DNA of 64,000 nt from Mobula hypostoma (GCF_963921235.1 NC_086109.1:4032001-4096000); one strand, 5' to 3'. Shown: positions 37,358 to 50,934, counted from the stretch's first letter. Program-made: numbers and translations. The notes: generated by a model from the letters alone, not told the origin.

Positions 37358-38579
37358 CAAGGTTTCCCCCGCTATCCGAAGGTAGAGCATTCCTATGAAA
37401 CGGTTCGTAAGCCGGAATGTCGTAAAGTGAATAAGCAATTACCATTTATTAATAAGGGAAAAATTTTTGAGCGTTCGCAGACCCAAAAAATAACCTACAA
37501 AATAACACATAAAACAGTAACATATAGTAAAAGCAGGAATGATATGATAAATACACAGCCTATATAAAGTAGAAATACTTTTCTGCAATCATTGCAGCAC
37601 TGTCTAGTGCAGCGAAAATCTCAGGCAGGTGCTCTCAGCAGCGCTCTCGGCAGAAACGCTCGGCGCAAGCACTCTCAGCAGAAACACTCTCTCCAGTAAC
37701 CTTTAAGCTATGAAACTGCCAAATCATTCCAAATAACACATAAAAATACACAGCCTGCATAAAGTAGAAATAATGTATGTGCAGTGCAGTTTCACTTACC
37801 GGAATCGGGAAGACAGCAAGCACACTGAGGATGGTGTGTTAGGCTGAGTTGTCGGAGATTGGGGCGGTGGGAGGTAGAGGAGACTGGGGTGTCTTCTCAT
37901 CATCGCCTGTTTCCATCAGGGCAGGCAGGTCACCTTTTTCTATGTCTGCTTGCCTTGATGTCGAAGATAGAGGTTCGTCGTCTGCTGTGGCTGATGTGGA
38001 AGGCTTGGAAAACGACAGTATGCTTGACTGCTGAGCCTCGCGCATTTTTCTATCAGACAGTTCTTTGTAAGCACTCAAACCATCCTGCAAACCTGCCCTA
38101 AACCTATGTACCCTTTCAAAATTAAAGTCATACATTTCTGCAATTATTGCTGCATTGTCAATCGCAGCAAAAATCTCACGCAATTGCTTCACGTTCAGTT
38201 CACTTTCGGGCCATTCACTACTGCATTCAGTTTCGATTGTTATCCTTTCCTCCTGCAATTGCATCAGCTCTTCATCTGTCAGTTCTTGGTCATGGGATGC
38301 CAAAACCTCTTCAACATCATCTTCGTCTAGTTTTACGCTAAGTGTAACACCCTTATGAGCTCTTTTAGGCTTTTCTGATACCTTAGAACTCATCTTGCTA
38401 ACAGATGCACAAAATAAATTGAGATAAAGCACGTGTTTAAGCTTGGCTTCTCGGGCGCGCGCTGCCTTTTTTTGTAACAGTGAAAACACCTTCTGTTAGC
38501 GAAAACGGGTAACTAATGTAGGTCATTCATAATAATGAGGTGTCGTAAAACGAACGTTCAGAAAATGGGGGCCACCTGG
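37358..38579 (-). mobile_element. Tigger/pogo-like DNA transposon, internal-deletion derivative
   Basis: TA-flanked with imperfect short TIRs (caaggtttcccccg / gggggccacctgg); ORF joins KRAHKGVTLSVKLD to EDDVEEVLASHDQELTDEELMQL. Confidence 0.85.
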
Positions 38580-39799
38580 TACTACCATAAGGAATGCCTA
38601 TCGTTTGATCTCTAGACCACGTTTTGGGAAATCCAATCACTTGGCTTCCTCATCCTACCTGCATTCAGGCAGAGGCTAAAGAGGAGGAAACTGGAGGTCC
38701 GTAATCCAGTCCTCGTTGGGGGATCAAAGGTGGACAGGGTCAGCAACTTTAAATTCCTCAGTGTTGTTATATCGGAGGTTCTATCCTGGGCCCAGCATGT
38801 AAGTACCATTAAGAATAAAGCATGACAGCACTCCACTTACAGAAAAGTTTCCATGTGATCTAAAACTTTCAAAGGATCGAAGTTTCCTTTTATTATCAAA
38901 GTATGTACACAGAATACAACTCTGAGATTCCTCTTCTCCAGATAGCCAAAAATTACAGAAAAACCATAGAAGTTGTTAAGGGCCCCATCCCACACAAAAA
39001 AAGAAAAAGGAAACTCACAAACTCCAAACCCACAACTTTTCCCTCACACAAAAACTAACAGATTGCCCACCAGGTCTCGGACACAGCAGCTAAAACATCA
39101 AACCTCTAACCCCAACCTCCCCCTCACACAATACTAGCAGATCACCCATCAAGACACAGCAGCTAAAACTTCAAACTCCTAACTCCAAGCTCCTCCCATG
39201 CAAAACAACAGCGGCAATGACTGGAAACACCCAACCCCTCCCTCACCCAAAACAGTAACATATTGCCCACCCATCAATCGGCAACAAGAAAGAAAACAGA
39301 GGAAAACTCAAGGAGACCAACATAAACTACAGTCCACCCCAATAATCACGTATGTTTCGGGATTTCAAAAACATTCTCCGTCAGTATCGAGGAGAGCAAC
39401 AGCTCAAATTCAATCCCTCCATGGGCCTACCACCAAGAGGAAGAGACCTCCGGCCTGACACAATAAATCTCTATAGATGTGTTGTGGGGAGTACGTTGAC
39501 TGTTTGCATCACAGCCTGGTTTGGAAACACCAATGCCCTTGAACGGAAAATCCTACAAAAAGTAGTGGATATGGCCCAATCCATCATGGGTAAAGCCCTC
39601 CCCACCATTGAGCACATCTACAAGAAGCATTGTGACAGGAGAGCAGCATCATCAATAACCCCCACCACCAAGGTCATGCTCTCTTCTTGCTGCCGCCATC
39701 AGGAAGGTGGTACAGGAGCCTCAGGACCCACAGCACAAGGTTCAGAGACAGTTATTACACCTCAACCATTAGGCTCTTGAACCAGAGGGGATAACTTCA

Positions 39800-40120
39800 C
39801 TCTTCTGTTTGTAGGAAGAGGTCTCTAATTCTGAGCCGGGCGCTCTACGCTTCCTCGTCTGCTCAGATCGTGGGGATGTCTTCCGTGGACGGTCATGCTC
39901 TTCCATTGGTTAACTTTTTCTTCTATACTGACAAGTTATTTATTTTTCTGTGTTGTGCTTTCATTTAAAGAGCAGTTATTATGGATATGTCCATCTGTAG
40001 TAATGGATTGTTTGTAATATAATTTATGGGATTCTGATTCTAAATCTGGATCAGGCTTCTATTTATGATAAGGTATTGTGTCTTTTATGAGTTTGTATTT
40101 TAAAACAAGATTTTGGTGAC
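39800..40120 (-). mobile_element. R4/Dong-clade LINE fragment
   Basis: Homologous to 41420-41700 (EEKVNQWKSMTVHGRH-type segment). Confidence 0.65.
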
Positions 40121-40477
40121 TTGATTATGATTATGAGGACATGCAGTCCCCTTTTATTGTCATTTAGTAATGCATGCATTAAGAAATGATAAAAATGGTT
40201 TTCCAGAACGATATCATGAAAACACATGACAAACCGACTTAAAAACTAACAAAAACCACATAATTATAACATATAGTTACAACAGTGCAAAGCAATACTG
40301 CAATTTGATAAGAACAGACCATGGCACAGTAAAAGTCTCAGAGTCACTCGAAAGTCCCATCATCTCACGCAGACGGTGAACCTCCAGCGCCGCAAACTTG
40401 CTGACTTGATTGTGCCTGTGTAAATCATCAGATTGAGTTAAATTACTGCAGGATCCGGTAAAGTGCTGGATTATTTC

Positions 40478-41293
40478 ATAGTCATAGTCATAGTCATACT
40501 TTATTGATCCCAGGGGAAATTGGTTTTCATTACAGTTGCACCATAAATAATGAGTAGTAATAGAACCATAAATAGTTAAATAGTAATATGTAAATTATGC
40601 CAGGAAATAAGTCCAGGACCAGCCTATTGGCTCAGGGTGTCTGAACCTCCAAGGGAGGAGTTGTAAAATTTGATGGCCACAGGCAGGAATGACTTCCCAT
40701 GACGCTCTGTGTTGCATCTCAGTGGAATGAGTCTCTGGCTGAATGTACTCCTGTGCCCAACCAGTACATTATGTAGTGGATGGGAGATATTGACCAAGAT
40801 GGCATGCAACTTAGACAGCATCCTCTTTTCAGACACCACCGTGAGAGAGTCCAGTTCCATCCCCACAACATCACTGGTCTTACGAATGAGTTTGTTGATT
40901 CTGTTGGTGTCTGCTACCCTCAGCCTGCTGCCCCAGCACACAACAGCAAACGTGATAGCACTGGCCACCACAGACTCGTAGAATATCCTCAGCATCGTCC
41001 GGCAGATGTTAAAGGACCTCAGTCTCCTCAGGAAATAGAGACGGCTCTGACCCTTCTTGTAGACAGCCTCAGTGTTCTTTGACCGGTCCAGTTTATTGTC
41101 AATTTGTATCCCCAGGTATTTGTAATCCTCCACCATGTCCACACTGACCCCCTGGATGGAAACAGGGGTCACCGGTGCCTTAGCTCTCCTCAGGTCTACC
41201 GCCAGCTCCCTAGTCTTTTTCACATTAAGCTGCAGATAATTCTGCTCACACCATGCGACAAAGTTTCCTACTGTAGCCCTGTACTCAGCCTCA
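40478..41293 (-). mobile_element. Rex1-like LINE 3' portion
   Basis: Open 199-aa KTRELAVDLRR..YKYLG..KKGQSRLYFLRRLRSF..SFLPVAIKFYN; (catagt)n tail. Confidence 0.92.
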
Positions 41294-41294
41294 T

Positions 41295-41800
41295 AGTTCT
41301 GTTTTCCCTCGGCATTTTCTGCATTTATCGTCCTGAAGTTTTTGGTCTTTTATTATGTACTTATGATAATTTTTTGTGTTAACCATCTGGTCCTATATTG
41401 CCACAAGGAACTCTTCTGTTTCTAGGAGGAGGTCTCCAACTCTGAACCAAGCATTCAACGCTTCCTTGTCTGCTCAGACCGTGGGGATGTCTCCCATGGA
41501 GGGTCGTGCTCTTCCAATGGTTAACTTTCTCCTCTATAGTGACCATGGCTTCATGTTTCTGTGTTGTGCTTTCATTTAAATTTAGTGGCATGTACTTCTT
41601 ATCAGAATTGCAGATGCTTCTGCGGAGTGCTGAATCCTGTTTTCGTTGATGAAAGTATATACTTAGAAGCTTTATTTGACTGTTCTGTAAATTGTTTAAC
41701 CCTCGTTATTCCTCTTCCTCCTCCTGCATGTGCAGACTTTGTTATCTTTTGCACAATGGCGGTCAGTCTGTCCTGTTGGGCATGTCTTCTATTGTATTTT
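41295..41800 (-). mobile_element. R4/Dong-clade LINE fragment
   Basis: WKSTTLHGRH then (frameshifted) AWFRVGDLLLETEEFLVAI*DQMVNTKNY..DKCRKC, the region preceding the CCHC/restriction-like endonuclease in R4-type elements. Confidence 0.75.
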
Positions 41801-42626
41801 TTTCATTTATGAATGCCCACAAGAAAATGAATCTCCGGGTTGGATATAGTTACATAAGTATACTTTGATAATAAATGTACTTTGAACTTTGAACCCCGGT
41901 GTGCGGTCCTGATTATCAGAAAGCCGCCACGTACGACAAACTGGAGTACTGTTGCAGTGCTACCTGGGCCTCTTCCAATCACAGCATTCAAAGCATTATC
42001 TTTTAAATATCAGGGGACCAAATCCCAGAAACACAGCTTCGATCAGATAATGTTGTTACCTCGTTGATTCTAACAGGAAGCCTGAGGCGCTACCAGACAG
42101 AGATTAATTAAGTAATGAGAGACAGAGATGGGATTGATGGAGTCTATATCCCAGGGAAGGGGAGTCTGGAATGAGAGGGCACAGTTTTAAGTTCGGAGGG
42201 AAAATAATTGAAGAGGCCCTGAGGCCAGGTTGCTGCACAGAGGATGGTGGGTTTGTGGAACAAGATGATTATGGTTATGGTAGAGAATGTGGTAAAGGCA
42301 GGTACAATTACAATACTTGAAAGTTATTTAAACGGCAGAAAGCCAGAGTTTACATCAAATATAGAACAGTAAGCGCAGTACAAACCCTTTGACCCACAAT
42401 GTTGTGGCAAATTTTTAACCTACTCTAAGATCAATCTAACCCTTCCCTTCCACATAGGACTCCATTTATCTTTCAGCCACGTGCCTGTCTAAGAGTTTCT
42501 TAAATGCCTCTCATGTATCTGCCTCGACAAGTGTTCCACACACTCACCACTCTCTGTATAAAAAACCTACTTCTGACATTCCCCTATACTTTCCTCCAAT
42601 TGGCTTGAAATTATGTCTTTTTTTCA

Positions 42627-43310
42627 GATTATGAGAACACTCAGTTCTCTTTTATTGTCATTTAGAAATGCATACATGCATTAAGAAATGATACAATGTT
42701 TCTCCGGAGGGATATCACAGAAAACGGGACAGACCAAAGACTAACACTGACAGAACCACATAATTATAACATATAGTTACAGCAGTGCAAAGCAATACCA
42801 TAATTTGATGAAAAACAGTTCATAGGCACAGTAAAAAAAATAGTCTCAAAGTCCCCGAGTCGATTGACTCCTAAGTCCTCGATAGCAGGCGGCAAAAGGG
42901 AGAAACTCCCTGCCATAAACCTCCAGGCACTGTCAACTTGCCGATGCCTTGGAAGCAGCTGACCCCAGCCGACCCTGAGTCCATCCATCCGAAAACTTCG
43001 AGCTTCCGACCAGCCTCTCCGATACAGCCTCCCGAGTGCCATCCTTTGCCGAGCACCTTCGACCTCTCCCCGGCCACTGAAACCCGCAAAGCCGAGGATT
43101 TTGGGGCCTTCAGCTCTGGAGATTCCGGTTACCACACAATAGCAGCGGCAGCGAAGTGGGCATTTCAGAAGTTTTCCAGATGTTCCTCCGTACTCTCACG
43201 TCCGTCTCCATCAAATCAGGATTGTGCACGGTCCCCTACTTGACAGATAACAGATATTCATCACCGAAGTGGCCGCGCACGCTGTTGTCGCGTCACCATC
43301 TTCTTCCCCC
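42627..43310 (-). mobile_element. Non-autonomous retroposon, CpG-rich (partial copy at ~40125-40400)
   Basis: Shares its 3' end with 40125-40400 (gattatgag..ttttattgtcatttag..cattaagaaatgata); 5' end ggaagaagatggtgacgcg; splits a CR1 fragment. Confidence 0.6.
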
Positions 43311-43490
43311 CTTCCCAAGAGAAATTTTCTCATATCAGCCATTTCCACCCTGGGAGAAAGGTATTGACTGCCCACTTGATCTATGCCTCTTATCATCTTA
43401 AAAACCTCTATCAAGTCACAGCCCATCCTTCTTTGCTCCAGAGGGAAAAGCCTTAGCTCACTCAATCTATCCTCACAGAACATGCTCTGT

Positions 43491-43660
43491 AATCCAGGCA
43501 GCATCCTGGTGAATCTCCTCTGCACCCTCTCTAATCCAGGCAGCATCCTGGTGAATCTCCTCTGCACCCTCTCTAATCCAGGCAGCATCCTGGTGAATCT
43601 CCTCTGCACCCTCTCTAATCCAGGCAGCATCCTGTTGAATCTCCTCTGCACCCTCTCTAA
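43491..43660 (-). repeat. 42-bp in-frame tandem quadruplication inside a CR1 fragment
   Basis: aatccaggcagcatcctggtgaatctcctctgcaccctctct x4, encoding LERVQRRFTRMLPG repeats. Confidence 0.93.
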
Positions 43661-44162
43661 AGCTTCCACATCCCTCCTGTAATGAGGCAACCTGAACAAC
43701 CATTTCCCTCCTGCTCAGTGTAAGAGGGGCAGAGTGATTTTTATGGGACAACAGCCAAGTGTTGGACCATGTGTTGTAAACACAGCATGGTGACTGGCGA
43801 GCCTGATTTTAGGCACTGGGGTAAATCAGAATTCAGTTTAAAGTTCAAAGTAAATTTATTATCAAAGTACAGATATGTCATTATGCACAACCCTGAGATT
43901 CATTTTCTTGCAGGCATACTCAATAAATCCATAATAGAATAATAATCAAAATAGAATCGATGAAAGACCACTCCAACTTGGGCTATACAACCAGTCTGCA
44001 AAAGACAGCAAACTATGCAAATAAAAAATTCAATCAAAAAATAAATCAATAAACAAACAAACAAACGAATGAATAAATAAATAAATAGACAATGAGTATC
44101 CAGAACATGAGATGAAGTGCCCTTGAAAGTGATTCCATTGGCTGTGGGAACAGTTCAGTGAT

Positions 44163-45258
44163 GTTAGCAGACAGGAAGCAAAGAGTGGGAATAAACGGGA
44201 CCTTTTTAGAATGGCAGGCGGTGACTAGTGGGGTACCGGAAGGCTCAGTGCTGGGACCCCAGTTGTTTACAATATATATTAATGACTTGGATGAGGGAAT
44301 TGAATGCAGCATCTCCAAGTTTGCGGATGACACGAAGCTGGGTGGCAGTGTTAGCTGTGAGGAGGATGCTAAGAGGATGCAGGGTTACTTGGACTGGTTG
44401 GGTGAGTGGGCAAATTCATGGCAGATGCAATTTAATGTGGATAAATGTGAAGTTATCCACTTTGGTGGCAAAAATAGGAAAACAGATTATTATCTGAATG
44501 GTGGCCGATTAGGAAAAGGGGAGGTGCAACGAGACCTGGGTGTCATTATACACCAGTCATTGAAAGTGGGCATGCAGGTACAGCAGGCGGTGAAAAAGGT
44601 GAATGGTATGCTGGCATTTATAGCGAGAGGATTCAAGTACAGGAGCAGGGAGGTACTACTGCAGTTGTACAAGGCCTTGGTGAGACCACACCTGGAGTAT
44701 TGTGTGCAGTTTTGGTCCCCTAATCTGAGGAAAGACATCCTTGCCATAGAGGGAGTACAAAGAAGGTTCACCAGATTGATTCCTGGGATGGCAGGACTTT
44801 CATATGAAGAAAGACTGGATGAACTGGGCTTGTACTCGCTGGAATTTAGAAGATTGAGGGGGGATCTGATTGAAACGTATAAAATCCTAAAGGGATTGGA
44901 CAGGCTAGATGCAGGAAGATTGTTCCTGATGTTGGGGAAGTCCAGAACGAGGGGCCACAGTTTGAGGATAGAGGGGAAGCCTTTTAGGACCGGGATTAGG
45001 AAAAACTTCTTCACACAGAGAGTGGTGAATCTGTGGAATTCTCTGCCACAGGAAACAGTCCAGGCCAGTTCATTGGCTATATTTAAGAGGGAGTTAGATA
45101 TGGCCCTTGTGGCTACGGGGGTCAGGGGGTATGGAGGGAAGGCTGGGGTGGGGTTCTGAGTTGGATGATCAGCCATGATCATAATAAATGGCGGTGCAGG
45201 CTCGAAGGGCCGAATGGCTTACTCCTGCACCTATTTTCTATGTTTCTGTGTTTCTATG
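44163..45258 (+). mobile_element. Young 5'-truncated CR1 LINE with open RT C-terminal ORF
   Basis: 333-aa [62 protein letters not shown]; (ttctatgt)n tail. Confidence 0.96.
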
Positions 45259-45670
45259 TTGAGTGAAGTTAGCCTGATGGTTGAGAGGTAATAACTGTTC
45301 TGGAACCTGATGGTGAGAGTCCTGAGGCTCCTGTACCTTCTTCCTGATGGCAGCAGCGAGAAGAGAGCCTGACCTGGATGGTGGGGGTCCCTGATGTCGG
45401 ATGCTGCTTTCTCCTGACAGCGTAGCATGTAGATGTGCTCAATGGTTGGGAGGGCTTTACCTGTGTGGAGGGCTGTATCCATTACTTTCTGTAGGGTTTT
45501 TAACTCAAGGGCATTGGTGTTTCCATACCAGGCTGTTATGCAACCAGTCAATACACACTCCACCACACATCTGCAGAAGTTTGTCATGCTAAATATTTGC
45601 AAACTCCTAAGATAATAGAGGCACTGCCATGCTTTCTTTGTAATTGAACTTTCATGCTGGGCCCAGCATG
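45259..45670 (-). mobile_element. Rex/Babar fragment
   Basis: VLTGCITAWYGN..LFSLLPSGRRYRSL. Confidence 0.85.
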
Positions 45671-46156
45671 GATCTTCCAAAATAACAATAGCAAAGAACG
45701 TTTTTTAGATTATAAGACCATCAGACATTGGAGGAGAATTAGGCCATTCAGTCCTTTAGGTCTCCTCCACCATTCCATCATGGCTGATTTATTATCCCTC
45801 TCAACCCCATTCTTCTGCCTTCTTTCCATAACCTTCGATGCCCTGATTAATCAAGAACCTATCAACCTCCAATGATTTGGCCTCCACAGCAATGAGCGCT
45901 ACAGATTCACCATCCTCTGGCTAAAGAAATTCTTACTCATCTCTATTCTAAAGGGACGTCCTTCTGTTCCGAGGCTGTTTCCTATCATCCTGGACTCACC
46001 CACTACAGGAAACCACCCTCTCCACGTCCACTCTATCTACGCCTGACAATATTTGGTAGATTTCAAGGAGATCCCCCTCCCTAATTTTTCCAAATTCCAG
46101 TGAGTTTAGGCCCAGAGCATTCAAATGCTCCTCATACATTAACCCTTTCATTCCCA

Positions 46157-46400
46157 TTGTGTTGAGCACGTGGCCAAGTGGTTAAGGCGTTCGTCTAGTT
46201 ACCTCAAGGTCATTAGTTCGAGCCTCAGCTGTGGCAGCGTGTTTGTGCCCTTGAGCAAGGCACTTAACCACACATCACTCTTGTGTCTGTGCGAGGAGTG
46301 GCACCCCACGCAGACTTCCAATCTGCGCCCTGTAAAAATGATAGAGAATAGAGAAAATGCCCGACGCAGGCCTCTCATGGTCTGAGTCGACGTTCCCCCC
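46157..46400 (+). mobile_element. tRNA-derived CORE-like SINE nested in CR1
   Basis: A box tggccaagtgg, B box gttcgagcc, CORE-like gtgcccttgagcaaggcacttaacc; 10-bp TSD ttcattccca (46147-46156, 46401-46410). Confidence 0.85.
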
Positions 46401-47055
46401 TTCATTCCCAGGATCATTCTCAAGAACCTCATCTGGACCCTCTCCAAAGACAGCATTTCTTAGACGGGATCCCAAAACTGCACACTTTACTCAAATGTGG
46501 TGACCATAAGCTACTGAGAACTACCAAAACCCATGTGTTTCGGGAAGGAAACCTTCCCACCTTGTTTTCACCTCAGCATCATCCCTGACCCATCAGGTGC
46601 AGGACCTCAAGATGAAACACTGACCAACTCCTTTCCTCCCTAGAAGCTGCCTACCCCACAACTTGGTTTGTGCTTCAGAGTCCAGTTCTACAGCACTTTG
46701 TGTCTCCACTGATCTGGTTCACTCCTGTCAACCTCCAGAATTCAAGACAAGAGAGGGTGGACAAAAATTTGCGGGCATTTGTCGGCTATGTAAATATGTT
46801 GTATGTGCCACTGGCGAGCCCACTCTTGGAGTACTGTGTACAGTTGTGGTCATCCTGTTGTAGGGAAGGTATGCTTAAATGGAAGGAGTGTAGAAAAGAA
46901 CTAAGAGGATATTTCCAGGTCTAGAGTTATAGGGGGAGGTTGACCAGGCTGGTCCCTATTCCTTGGAATATTGGTGAGTGAGGGGAGATCTTACAGAAAT
47001 GTTTGCAATTTTGAGAGGCTTCGTTAAGGTGGATGGTAGCAGTCTTTTCCCAGAG

Positions 47056-47458
47056 TCATCATCATCATCATCAGAATGTGCCATGTCGTATGACATCATC
47101 ATTATGTGCCGGGTCATATGACATGGACAATCATGGCCTTTCCATAACTATGGTTGTTGGCAAATTTTTCTACAGAGGTGGTTTGTCATTGCCTTCTTCT
47201 GGGCAGTGTCTTTACAAGACAGGTGACCCCGGCCGTTATCAATACTCTTCAGAGATTGTCTGCCAGGTGTCAGTGGTCACATAACCAGGACTTGTGATCT
47301 GCACCAGCTGCTCATACGACCATCCACCACCTGCTCCCATGACTTCATGTGACCCTGATCGGGGGCTGAGCAGGTGAAACACCTTGTCCAAGGGTGATCT
47401 GCAGGTTAGTGGGGGGAAGAAGTGTCTTACATTCCTTTGGTAGAGATGTATCTCCACC
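47056..47458 (-). mobile_element. Third copy of the RTE-tailed SINE-like element
   Basis: (cat)n tail and body complementary to 10103-10448; inserted in a CR1 fragment. Confidence 0.72.
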
Positions 47459-47979
47459 CCTCACCCAGAGTAGGGAGACCAAAACTAGAGGGCATCATTT
47501 TAGAGTGAGAGGGGATCAGAGAGGCAACTTTTTCAGGCAAAGGGTGTTGAGTATTTGCACATTGATTTTTTTGTCAGTCTTTGTTTATGTATGGTTTTTT
47601 TGTATTTCTTTATTTTTCTGGTAAATGCCTGCAATAAAGTGAATCTCAAGGTAATATGTAAAGATATATGTGTTCTTTGATAATAAATTTACTTTGAACC
47701 TCATGAGCTGCCTGGGGAAGTGGCTAAGGCAGCTACAATAATATGATTTGAGAACCACTTGGACGGGTACTTGGAGGGATGGGACGCAGAGGGACAAGGA
47801 CTGATCTGAGTTGGATGATCAGCCATGATCATAATAAATGGCGGTGGAGGCTCGAAGGGCCGAATGGCCTACTCCTGCACCTATTTTCTATGTTTCTATG
47901 TTTCTACGATCCACAGGAAATTGGGACCAGTTGGGTGGGCACCAGGGATGTCATGGTCTTGATGGGCCAAAGTTCTTGT

Positions 47980-50441
47980 ATAGAAACATAGAAACATAGA
48001 AAATAGGTGCAGGAGAAGCCATTCGGCCCTTCGAGCCTGCACCGCCATTTATTATGATTATGGCTGATCATCCAACTCAGAACCCCGCCCCAGCCTTCCC
48101 TCCATACCCCCTGACCCCTGTAGCCACAAGGGCCATATCTAACTCCCTCTTAAATATAGCCAATGAACTGGCCTCAACTGTTTCCTGTGGCAGAGAATTC
48201 CACAGATTCACCACTCTCTGTGTGAAGAAGTTTTTCCTAATCTCGGTTCTAAAAGGCTTCCCCTCTATCCTCAAACTGTGGCCCCTCGTTCTGGACTTCC
48301 CCAACATCGGGAACAATCTTCCTGCATCTAGCCCGTCCAATCCCTTTAGGATCTTATACGTTTCAATCAGATCCCCCCTCAATCTTCTAAATTCCAACGA
48401 GTACAAGCCCAGTTCATCCAGTCTTTCTTCATATGAAAGACCTGCCATCCCAGGAATCAATCTGGTGAACCTTCTTTGTACTCCCTCTATGGCAAAGATG
48501 TCTTTCCTCAGATTAGGGGACCAAAACTGCACACAATACTCCAGGTGTGGTCTCACCAAGGCCTTGTACAACTGCAGTAGTACATCCCTGCTCCTGTACT
48601 CGAATCCTCTCGCTATAAATGCCAGCATACCATTCACCTTTTTCACCACCTGCTGTACCTGCATGCCCACTTTCAATGACTGGTGTATAACGACACCCAG
48701 GTCTCGTTGCACCTCCCCTTTTCCTAATCAGCCACCATTCAGATAATAATCTGTTTTCCTATTTTTGCCACCAAAGTGGATAACTTCACATTTATCCACA
48801 TTAAATTGCATCTGCCATGAATTTGCCCACTCACCCAACCTATCCAAGTCACCCTGCATCCTCTTAGCATCCTCCTCACAGCTAACACTCCTCACAGATG
48901 CTTCGTGTCATCTGCAATCTTGGAGATGCTGCATTTAATTCCCTCATCCAAGTCATTAATATATATTGTAAACAACTGGGGTCCCAGCACTGAGCCTTGC
49001 GGTACCCCACTAGTCACCGCCTGCCATTCTGAAAAGGTCCTGTTTATTCCCACTCTTTGCTTCCTGTCTGCTAACCAATTCTCCACCCACACCAATACCT
49101 TACCCCCAAAGGTATTGCTTTAAGTTTGCACACTAATCTCCTGTGTGGGACCTTGTCAAAAGCCTTTGAAAATCCAAATATACCACATCCACTGGTTCTC
49201 CCCTATCCACTCTACTAGTTACATCCTCAAAAAATTCTATGAGATTCGTCAGACATGATTTTCCTTTCACAAATCCATGCTGACTTTGTCCGATCATTTC
49301 ACCGCTTTCCAAATGTGCTGTTATCACATCCTTGATAACTGACTCCAGCAGTTTCCCCACCACCGACGTTAGGCTAACCGGTCTATAATTCCCTGGTTTC
49401 TCTCTCCCTCCTTTTTTAAAAAGTGGAGTTACATTAGCCACCATCCAATCCTCAGGAACTAGTCCAGAATCTAACGAGTTTTGAAAAATTATCACTAATG
49501 CATCCACTATTTCTTGGGCTACTTCCTTAAGCACTCTAGGATGCAGACCATCTGGCCCTGGGGATTTATCTGCCTTCAATCCCTTCAATTTACCTAACAC
49601 CACTTCCCTACTAACATGTATTTCGCTCAGTTCCTCCATCTCACTGGACCCTCTGTCCCCTACTATTTCTGGAAGATTATTTATGTCCTCCTTAGTGAAG
49701 ACAGAACCAAAGTAATTATTCAATTGGTCTGCCATGTCCTTGCTCCCCATAATCAATTCACCTGTTTCTGTCTGCAGGGGACCTACATTTGTCTTTACCA
49801 GTCTTTTCCTTTTTACATATCTATAAAAGCTTTTACAGTCCGTTTTTATGTTCCCTGCCAGTTTTCTCTCATAGTCTTTTTTCCCCTTCCTAATTAAGCC
49901 CTTTGTCCTCCTCTGCTGAACTCTGAATTTCTCCCAGTCCTCAGGTGAGCCACTTTCTCTGGCTAATTTGTATGCTTCTTCTTTGGAATTGATACTATCC
50001 CTAATTTCTCTTGCCAGCCACGGGTGCACTACCTTCCTTGATTTATTCTTTTGCCAAACTGGGATGAACAATTGTTGTAGTTCATCCATGCAACCTTTAA
50101 ATGCCTGCCATTGCATATCTACCGTCAATCCTTTAAGTGTCATTTGCCAGTCTATCTTAGCTAATTCACGTCTCATACCTTCAAAGTTACCCCTCTTTAA
50201 GTTCAGAACCTTTGTTTCTGAATTAACTATGTCACTCTCCATCTTAATGAAGAATTCCACCATATTATGGTCACTCTTACCCAAGGGGCCTCTCACGACA
50301 AGATCACTAATTAACCCTTCCTCATTGCTCAAAACCCAGTCCAGAATAGCCCGCTCTCTAGTTGGTTCCTCGACATGTTGGTTCAAAAAACCATCCTGCA
50401 TACATTCCAAGAAATCCTCTTCCTCAGCACCTTTACCAATT
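47980..50441 (-). mobile_element. Young 5'-truncated CR1 LINE (endonuclease C-terminus to RT), frameshifted
   Basis: ORFs 49133-50410 (PTRERAILDWVLSN..LGKSDH..NYRPVSLTS..QHGFVKGKSCLTNL), 48892-49095 and 48077-48712; (catagaaa)n tail. Confidence 0.96.
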
Positions 50442-50934
50442 TATCTGTGCAGAATTGCTCTATGAGTCTATGACTCTACGCATTGTGCTTGTGGACTGTG
50501 CATTTGCCTAGAGAAGCCTCTGCTGATGTGTGTACTCGCCATGTAACTTATTCTCCTGCAGGCTGAGATTCCATTCCCCAAATGGGACCTCTTTGTAAGA
50601 ATAGGAAACAGCTGCTCTGTGCACTGCTCACTTCAATTAGAATGACGTGTTCCCTCAGTAAATCATTATACTGTACATCTGTGCTTGTTTATTGTAAGTA
50701 CTTTCCTTCTTCTTTGCAAACATGGGGTAAACTTCGTAGATCAGGCATTAGGTTGCCTGCATTCCCTGTGTAAACATAGAGAATGGTAGGACACTGAGGA
50801 GTGTAGTCGAACAAAGAGTTCTGGGAATACACATCCATCATTCCTTAAAATGGAGTCATAAGTGCATAAGAAGAACTTTTGGCACAGTGGCCTTCCTAAG
50901 TCAAAGTACTGAGTGCAGAATGTTATGTTGACAG

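Noticed and set aside
46165..46240. tRNA gene
   Set aside because: A/B boxes belong to a TSD-flanked SINE head; no full cloverleaf
44490..48746. 230-aa ORFs at 44490-45182 (-) and 48054-48746 (+)
   Set aside because: Antisense shadow frames of CR1 ORF2
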